Origin: Patescibacteria group bacterium
GTDB lineage: Bacteria > Patescibacteriota > Patescibacteriia > SG8-24 > DYFX01
Assembly: GCA_041659045.1 (NCBI GenBank)
Contig: JBAZZB010000002.1
Location: forward strand, 85,427-149,426
DNA: 64,000 nt
Direction of reading: 5' to 3'
Positions 58,084-64,000 of the stretch are shown here, piece by piece (the stretch's first letter is position 1; each line of letters starts with the position of its first letter). The notes under the pieces are model-generated. The model had not been told where the DNA came from. It did no database searches and was given only the letters and a program-made list of their open reading frames with translations. The position numbers and the translations under genes are program-made.

Positions 58084-59157
58084 TTACTGCCCGATCCGGA
58101 AATGCACGACGTCGCCATCTTGCATGACGTAGTCTTTGCCTTCGGTGCGGAGTTTTCCCTTATCGCGTGCACCCGCTTCGCCAAGTTCGACGAAGTCTTT
58201 CCAGTTGATGATTTCGGCGCGGATGAAATTCTTTTCGAAATCGGTGTGGATGACACCGGCCGCTTGTGGTGCCTTCGTTCCTTTGGCAATCGTCCAAGCG
58301 CGCGTTTCAATTTCACCGGAGGTGAGGAACGTTTGGAGACCGAGCAGGTTGAACGCGGCTTTGATCAAGCGATCGAGGCCGGATTCGGTCATGCTATAGG
58401 TTGCCATGAATTCTTTGGCTTCTTCCGGTGCGAGTGTGGCAATTTCCGATTCGATTTTCACCGAAATAGGCAGCTGCTCGTCAGCTTTCAAGAAGTCGAG
58501 TTTGAAGCCCGACGCGAGTTGGTTTTCGTCGACGTTCAAGACGTAGAGCATCGGCTTCATCGTCATGAGCTGTGTTTCCTTCATCGCCAGCGCTTCGTCG
58601 TCGGTGAACTCCGTCTCTTTGGCGAGCTTGCCGGCAGAGAGCGTTGCAAACGTTTTCTCGAGAGCCGCAAGGAGAATCTCGCCGTCGCGGTCTTTGCCGC
58701 CCTTCTGCGCGCGCTTTGCCGTTTCAATACGCTTCTCGACCGTCGAGAGATCGGCGTAGATCAATTCGAGGTTGATGATTTCGATATCGCTCTTCGGATC
58801 GACCTTATCGTGCACGTGCACAACGTCCTTGTTTTCGAAACAGCGCGCCACGTGGGCGATCGCATCAACTTCGCGGATGTTCGTCAGGAACTTGTTTCCT
58901 AAGCCTTCACCCTTCGAGGCACCCTTTACGAGACCGGCAATGTCGACGAATTCGATGATGGCCGGGATGATTTTGGCGGCGCCAGAAACTTTGGCGAGCG
59001 CCTCAAGGCGTTCGTCGGGTACGGCAACGACGCCCACGTTCGGCTCGATGGTGCAGAACGGGTAGTTGGCGCAGTCGACCTGCTTTTTAGTGATGGCGGA
59101 GAACAGCGTGGACTTACCGACGTTTGGCAGTCCGACGATGCCGATTTTTAGCGACAT
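58084..59157 (-). CDS. ychF: Ribosome-binding ATPase YchF (Obg-family GTPase)
   Basis: MSLKIGIVGLPNVGKSTLF..., C-terminal TGS domain; 357 aa. Confidence 0.95.
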   Translation of the reverse strand: MSLKIGIVGLPNVGKSTLFSAITKKQVDCANYPFCTIEPNVGVVAVPDERLEALAKVSGAAKIIPAIIEFVDIAGLVKGASKGEGLGNKFLTNIREVDAIAHVARCFENKDVVHVHDKVDPKSDIEIINLELIYADLSTVEKRIETAKRAQKGGKDRDGEILLAALEKTFATLSAGKLAKETEFTDDEALAMKETQLMTMKPMLYVLNVDENQLASGFKLDFLKADEQLPISVKIESEIATLAPEEAKEFMATYSMTESGLDRLIKAAFNLLGLQTFLTSGEIETRAWTIAKGTKAPQAAGVIHTDFEKNFIRAEIINWKDFVELGEAGARDKGKLRTEGKDYVMQDGDVVHFRIGQ

Positions 59158-60001
59158 GCTGGATGAAGAGTTTAGCGACGTTCACGCCGGTCACCTTTTC
59201 AAATTCGGCGAAGGCGGGCGTGCGATTAACCTCAAGAAGATACGGCTTTTTGCCGACAATAGCAAGGTCGACCCCCGAGAGGCCGTAGCCAAGAGTCTTT
59301 ACAGCCTTCTCGGCAATACGGTTCCAGGCGGCGGGTACAGTCGCCTTCTCACCCGAGGCGCCAACAGCAACGTTGTGGCGGAAGTCCCCTTCCGGAGAAT
59401 ATTTTCGCATGGCACCAACCGCTTTGCCGCCGATCACGATAATACGATACTCGGCTTCAATTTCGAGGTATTCCTGGAAGGTAAAGAACCCGACGAGAGC
59501 GTCTGAAAGATACTTTTTTGTTTCCTTGGCGTTATCAAGCAAGTACACATACTTGCCGCGACTGCCGTGAATCCCTTTCGCAACGATTGGCCAAGAGAAA
59601 CCCTTGAGATATTTGCCGGCGCGATCCAGTTTCAACGTCTGGATACTCTTCGGAATCGGCAGCCCGGCGTCGAGCAGCTTCCAGTAGTCATAGATCTTAC
59701 TGCGCACGAAACTTCCATCGGCCATCGACGGCTCAAAGACGTAGATCCCTTTTGTCTTAGACCAGGCTGCTAAAAGGAGCGCTTCAGGAATGAGAGAGGG
59801 TGGGAAATGGCGGAAGTAGACCGCATCAAATTGCTTTTCAAAAGACTTACCGCTCATGAGCACCTTCGTGCTCTCGCCACGCAAATCAAAATCGATCTCG
59901 CGAAAACGGCGAATCGTAACCTTATGACCGAGCTTGCGTCCCTCGAGGCGCATGCGACGGTTTTCGTAAACATGAGGGCTGGCGATGACGAGGAGTTTCA
60001 T
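59114..60001 (-). CDS. rimK: ATP-grasp ligase, RimK-like (alpha-L-glutamate ligase family)
   Basis: Start MKLLVIASPH (60001) with GAGGAG-4nt-ATG; ATP-grasp motifs WPIVAKGIHGSRGKYVYL, LEIEAEYRIIVIGGK, GVDLAIVGKKPYLLEVN; 3' end overlaps ychF start by 44 nt. Confidence 0.75.
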   Translation of the reverse strand: MKLLVIASPHVYENRRMRLEGRKLGHKVTIRRFREIDFDLRGESTKVLMSGKSFEKQFDAVYFRHFPPSLIPEALLLAAWSKTKGIYVFEPSMADGSFVRSKIYDYWKLLDAGLPIPKSIQTLKLDRAGKYLKGFSWPIVAKGIHGSRGKYVYLLDNAKETKKYLSDALVGFFTFQEYLEIEAEYRIIVIGGKAVGAMRKYSPEGDFRHNVAVGASGEKATVPAAWNRIAEKAVKTLGYGLSGVDLAIVGKKPYLLEVNRTPAFAEFEKVTGVNVAKLFIQHVAKNRHRRTAKRR

Positions 60002-60041
60002 GCAACGCAGGCTAACAAAAAAGCCCCAGAGCGTAAAGCGT

Positions 60042-60482
60042 CTAGGGCGTGTCGTTCCGATGCGGTTCAGAGATCTGGAAGAGCGCCTGCTTTCGGCGCC
60101 TCGATTTCGTCGTGCAGCCGACCATAACCGGCTTGATCCAGCCGCCACGGTTGATGCCGATCTGGATCAGTCCATCGAGTTTGCGTCGATGATCGCAGGC
60201 GCCGCGTTCCTCGTCCGGACAACCTTCGCACAGGTCTCGCACCTTGGTTTGGAACAGTTCGGGACCAAGGTGCCCGCGCTTGCTTGAGAACGAACCGCCA
60301 AACGGTACGTGGCTGCTGCACTCGGCAACGATGGCGGTCTTGATCACGGAGCGAGGGTCGCCTGCCTTGATCAGACGCAGTGCGTAGAGCTCAGTACAGC
60401 TTCCACTAACCGAACACGTGTCGCACAGAGAGCTGACGCCCGCGGCGAGCAGCTTCGGTACCTGACAAATCTCACGAGGCAT
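60042..60482 (-). CDS. Cys-rich hypothetical protein (possible metal-binding)
   Basis: 146 aa; AAGGAG-7nt-ATG; 12 Cys incl. CDTCSVSGSC, CEGCPDEERGAC; immediately upstream of rimK-like gene. Confidence 0.45.
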   Translation of the reverse strand: MPREICQVPKLLAAGVSSLCDTCSVSGSCTELYALRLIKAGDPRSVIKTAIVAECSSHVPFGGSFSSKRGHLGPELFQTKVRDLCEGCPDEERGACDHRRKLDGLIQIGINRGGWIKPVMVGCTTKSRRRKQALFQISEPHRNDTP

Positions 60483-60590
60483 GACGTTTCTCCTTTGTCT
60501 GTATGCCTACAATGTAAAGAAATAGCCATGCTGTCAAGGGTTCAACCGTTCACGATAATAAAAACACCCCGCCTTGCAGCGAGGTATTTT

Positions 60591-60666
60591 TGGTGGACCG
60601 TAAGAGATTCGAACTCTTGACCTCTTCCATGCCATGGAAGCGCTCTACCAACTGAGCTAACGGCCC
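60591..60666 (-). tRNA. tRNA-Ala (anticodon GGC), CCA encoded
   Basis: revcomp GGGCCGTTAGCTCAGTTGGTAGAGC...anticodon loop ATGGCAT...TTCGAATCT...ACGGTCC-A-CCA with G3:U70 identity pair. Confidence 0.9.
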
Positions 60667-60764
60667 GTAACAGGTCAAAATGTAACAGTTCCCGTGAAAT
60701 CTATCAAGACCCCTGCGTTGACGCCGTATTTTGAGCGGCTTAGAGTGCCAGCAGGAGGAAATAT

Positions 60765-61232
60765 ATGCCCGAAAGAGTGCTTGGTCGGAAACCCGGCGAG
60801 ATCTGCAACAGCTGTAAAACCGGGCGTCTCGTCGCTCGGTTCCAAGCGCAACACAACTGCAATCCACGCGTTGGAGGCCCGCCAGGACCATCGCCGGCAT
60901 TGCATCACCTCGTCTGCTCAGAATGCGGTCTTTGGTACGAGAGCGCGACCCACGGCAACCGCAACACGTTGCTTGGAGCGCAGCTCAAGGATTTCGTGAA
61001 TCCGGAGACACAGCCGGAGCGCTGCCATCAGTGCAATGAGCCCGCTTCCGAGTACGTGCTTTCTACAGGATTCTCCCTCAGCCGATATCCCGGAGACGAC
61101 GACCCGCACGCGAAGAAGCTCTTGCACTGTAGCGGCTGCGTCCTGCTCCTCTGGAAGTTTCGGAGTCGACTCGAAGAGCTGGTGGAAACCCAGCGAGAGT
61201 CCCTGAACCTAGACTCAAAAACACCCCGCTGA
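60765..61232 (+). CDS. Zinc-ribbon-type hypothetical protein (four CxxC pairs)
   Basis: 155 aa; AGGAGG-7nt-ATG; CNSC...CSEC...CHQC...CSGC. Confidence 0.5.
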   Translation: MPERVLGRKPGEICNSCKTGRLVARFQAQHNCNPRVGGPPGPSPALHHLVCSECGLWYESATHGNRNTLLGAQLKDFVNPETQPERCHQCNEPASEYVLSTGFSLSRYPGDDDPHAKKLLHCSGCVLLLWKFRSRLEELVETQRESLNLDSKTPR

Positions 61233-61254
61233 GGCGAGGTGTCTTTTTTTCCGT

Positions 61255-63675
61255 TTACGGTTGGACCGGATCCGGAAGACCTTCTTCCACAGGAGCAGCT
61301 GCTCCAGCTTTCTTCGCCTTGAGATCATCAAGCCTCTTCTGCACATCCGCATTATCAGGGTTCGCCTTCAGCACTTCTTCGATGTGGCCGATGGCGCCAT
61401 CGAGATCACCCTTTTCTTCGAGCATGGCGGCCAGGTACCAGCGCGCGTTTGAGTATTGCGGTTCAAGACCGATGACGCGACGCAATTCAGCGATCGCCTT
61501 GTCGGTCTCTTTATTCTGGTAGTAGAGAATAGCGAGTTGGAAACCGACGCCGAGATCGTTCGGGTTGGAGTTCCTGACAGATTCAAGCTTTGCAGCTGCC
61601 TCGCCTGACTTACCCTCAGACTGAAGCAGAAGCGCCATCCAGTAGTTGGCCGCGGCGTAGTCCTGCTTGAGCGCGAGTGCTTTTTCAAGTCCCTCACGAG
61701 CCTTTTGCTGCGCATCCTTCACCACCTTTTCAAGCGCTGCTTTCTGATCATCCTTCATGTCCTTGCCGTTGCCGATCTTCTGACGCGCATCCTCGGCGAC
61801 AGAAAGTTCGATCTTGGCGAGTTCCGTCAGGTAGATCGGGTTGTTCGGTTCGAGATCGATCGCCTTTTGATAGGCGTCGCGTGCAGCCTGAATCGCACCT
61901 TCAACGGCAGGGCCGAGGTCGCGGTACATACCCGCGAGCGATGACCATGTCTGTACGTTCGACGGGTTGAGCTCCGTCGCGCGACGTCCGGCGTTCACAG
62001 CGTTCGCTGCAAGCAATGTGACCTGACGAGCCTGTTCGTCGGTCGGTCTCGCACCAGCTTCCGAAGCAACGCGATTGGCCTGAACAGCCAGCGCTTGGGA
62101 AAGTGCGCGGAAGTAGAGGTCGTTGTGACTGTTGAGCTGGGTGGCGCGCAGAAGTTCCTGCGAAGCCAGGTCGGCTCCTTGTTTCGTGGTCACGTCAGTC
62201 ACGACACCGCGCTGATAGTGCGCCTCGGCGACCAAGCGCTGGCCCTGAAGGTACACGCCTGCGATCGAGAAGATGACCGCGACGATGAACATGAAGGAGA
62301 GGCCGAGCGCCGCGCGCGGAGACTGGTCGAAGCGCGCTTCAGAGCGACCTTGCCATTGGAGCGACACGAGCATTGCTGTCAGCATCCAGAAGGCGAATTC
62401 AAGCGTCACGTTCGACGAATAGAAGACCTTACCGAGCAAAAGGGTCACCCATGCCGAGAATGTTGCGAGTGTTACGAGCCATTCGTCGTGACCGCGCCAG
62501 AGCTTAATTTTGGTACGTACCATCAAGAAGATGACCATCACCAAGAAAGCAGCGAGTCCGAGAATACCGATCGTTGCGAGCATCGTCAGGATACGAGAGG
62601 CCGAACGGTCGAACTGTACGCTCCAAAAATCAGTGCCGTTGAGATCCTTCGAACGGAATTGCGTGTAGTCGTAGAGGAAGGTGCCCGGACCGGAACCGAA
62701 GAGCGGCTGGTTGGCGAGTGCTTCACGTGAAATGTTCCAGCTGGCACGAAGCGAGGGCATCACTTCCGCCGGGAGATTCAGGTTGAAGGGGAAGCGGATA
62801 AAGATGAAGAGCGCGCCGATGACCATCGCGGCCATCGGGACAGCCAGCATCGTAATCTGAAGATTGCGGTCCGTTTTGAGCATGCCGTAGGCAACAAGCA
62901 CGGCGCAGCCTACGATCAACATGAGCCAAAGCGCCCAGAACTGGAGAGCGGCGATATAGAGGGCACCGAGTACGAGGAGAACACACATCAATACCTTGCG
63001 CACGCCAGCGAGCTTTTCCCCCTTCGTCGGCATGAGCATAAGGCCCATGACGAGCGACATTGCCATTGCGGCGTAGACGCCGACCGAGTTGGTCGTACCA
63101 AGAGTGTTAAAAGCGGCGTTGCTGCCGGCGGTGCCGGGGAGAAGCTTCAATCCAAACGCCTGGGCAACAGCCTGTGCCAGCACGAGAAAGGCGCTAAACG
63201 ACATCCAGCCCAGAGCTTTTTTGACGTCTTTTGCATCGCGAAGGACGTTGTTTGCAACAAAATAGAGCAGGGCGAAGCAGAGCGTGGTCACGAGTCCGGA
63301 CTTTTCTTGTCCAAAGTCGCCGACCAAGCTGACGTATCGACTCTTTGAAAGCCACACCGCGGCCATGTACATGAGCAGGTAGACGCCGATCAAGAGATTC
63401 ATGACCGACCCGCGCACCTCTACCCTGCGAGTGACCAGCATTTTTCCGAGCCAGGCCAGAACAGCAACAACCGTCGCGACAATCAAGATGGACTGTTTTG
63501 GCAGTTCTAAGACGTCGCTCAGCCCTGGAAAATAAAACAGCGGCAGTACGACGAGTGAAATGTAGATCGTCCAACGTGCGACAGCATCAGCGAACGCCGC
63601 GAGCTTCCGCCCTTCGGCGGGAGTCACCAGCGTGTCGTCCGCGCCTCCTCCAAAGACGGGCGAGTGCTCTGACAT
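61255..63675 (-). CDS. O-antigen ligase/polymerase-like (Wzy_C/WaaL family) polytopic membrane protein with C-terminal TPR repeats
   Basis: 806 aa; ~12 TM with large periplasmic loop; C-terminal ~250 aa of A/L/Y-rich TPR-like repeats (AIDLEPNN..., KALALKQDYAAANYWMAL..., VIGLEPQYSNARWYLA...). Confidence 0.7.
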   Translation of the reverse strand: MSEHSPVFGGGADDTLVTPAEGRKLAAFADAVARWTIYISLVVLPLFYFPGLSDVLELPKQSILIVATVVAVLAWLGKMLVTRRVEVRGSVMNLLIGVYLLMYMAAVWLSKSRYVSLVGDFGQEKSGLVTTLCFALLYFVANNVLRDAKDVKKALGWMSFSAFLVLAQAVAQAFGLKLLPGTAGSNAAFNTLGTTNSVGVYAAMAMSLVMGLMLMPTKGEKLAGVRKVLMCVLLVLGALYIAALQFWALWLMLIVGCAVLVAYGMLKTDRNLQITMLAVPMAAMVIGALFIFIRFPFNLNLPAEVMPSLRASWNISREALANQPLFGSGPGTFLYDYTQFRSKDLNGTDFWSVQFDRSASRILTMLATIGILGLAAFLVMVIFLMVRTKIKLWRGHDEWLVTLATFSAWVTLLLGKVFYSSNVTLEFAFWMLTAMLVSLQWQGRSEARFDQSPRAALGLSFMFIVAVIFSIAGVYLQGQRLVAEAHYQRGVVTDVTTKQGADLASQELLRATQLNSHNDLYFRALSQALAVQANRVASEAGARPTDEQARQVTLLAANAVNAGRRATELNPSNVQTWSSLAGMYRDLGPAVEGAIQAARDAYQKAIDLEPNNPIYLTELAKIELSVAEDARQKIGNGKDMKDDQKAALEKVVKDAQQKAREGLEKALALKQDYAAANYWMALLLQSEGKSGEAAAKLESVRNSNPNDLGVGFQLAILYYQNKETDKAIAELRRVIGLEPQYSNARWYLAAMLEEKGDLDGAIGHIEEVLKANPDNADVQKRLDDLKAKKAGAAAPVEEGLPDPVQP

Positions 63676-63792
63676 AGCCTAAATACGAAAAAGTTAAGGT
63701 CGATGGGTATCGCCTTACAATATAGCACACGTGATGCGTTACCGTTCAGAGATATGCACACAGGCACACCCGAACAGAAGGAACAAAGGGTT

Positions 63793-63826
63793 GGGACCCT
63801 CCTGAATTTTCGTTCAGGAGGGTCCC
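63793..63826 (-). terminator. Perfect 14-bp stem hairpin, likely terminator of upstream minus-strand gene
   Basis: GGGACCCTCCTGAA-ttttcg-TTCAGGAGGGTCCC. Confidence 0.5.
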
Positions 63827-63832
63827 CTGAGA

Positions 63833-64000
63833 TTAGAAGCCGTAACCCAGGTCTTGCCAGAACACGATCTCGCACATCATTCCCTGCTGGCGCAAGCGGA
63901 GAAGCTTTTGCATCTCTTCAGCAAAGACGTTGCCGAAGTCGACGAAGTAGCAACCCTCTTGCTCCGCGGGAGCGGGCGTTTCGCGCTGTGGCAGCGGACG
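63833..64000 (-). CDS. 3' end of an unidentified gene (N-terminus outside window)
   Basis: Frame ends ...CYFVDFGNVFAEEMQKLLRLRQQGMMCEIVFWQDLGYGF* with stop at 63833-63835. Confidence 0.35.
   Translation of the reverse strand, partial: RPLPQRETPAPAEQEGCYFVDFGNVFAEEMQKLLRLRQQGMMCEIVFWQDLGYGF

Noticed and set aside
59114-59157. Treating the rimK/ychF 44-nt overlap as a frameshift/pseudogene
   Set aside because: Both ORFs are full length with intact conserved N- and C-terminal motifs, so a genuine overlap is more parsimonious; flagged for verification instead.

Overview
This 64 kb window looks like chromosomal DNA from a bacterium of about 55-62% GC. The 16S rRNA carries unusual signatures (GTGCCAGCAGCAGCGGTAA at the 515 site, GGCTGCAGTCGAG at the 338 site) that suggest a Patescibacteria/CPR-like lineage, but this is unconfirmed. 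Housekeeping genes present are rpoB-rpoC, recA, ftsK, efp with epmA, rpsF-ssb-rpsR, ychF, trmD, ruvC, yebC, a 16S rRNA gene that is not linked to a 23S, and five tRNAs (Ile, Phe, Pro, Gly, Ala). The accessory content is mostly membrane, transport and regulatory: a MarR-controlled MacAB-type efflux operon with a palindromic operator, two orphan sensor histidine kinases, a Kef-type antiporter co-operonic with an NRDE/TANGO2-family protein, a ferredoxin / FAD-oxidoreductase / GT2 operon, a CrtI-like oxidoreductase, a bacterial SET-domain protein, an MgtC gene sitting between tRNA-Ile and tRNA-Phe just downstream of the 16S, a RimK-like ATP-grasp ligase, cell-wall remodelling proteins (LysM, M15-like, lytic transglycosylase, RodZ-like) and an O-antigen-ligase/TPR fusion. 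The 5' end is a truncated giant surface protein built from six or more tandem ~113-aa modules, immediately downstream of one histidine kinase and a secreted Ig-like protein. No CRISPR array, transposase, integrase or obvious prophage was seen. The most unusual locus is a ~520-nt highly structured, apparently non-coding leader (several UUCG/CUCG tetraloop hairpins, a repeated 18-mer, a perfect 11-bp hairpin) between a canonical promoter and an unknown Cys-cluster protein (44300-46082). All calls come from reading the sequence and ORF translations; no database search was possible.
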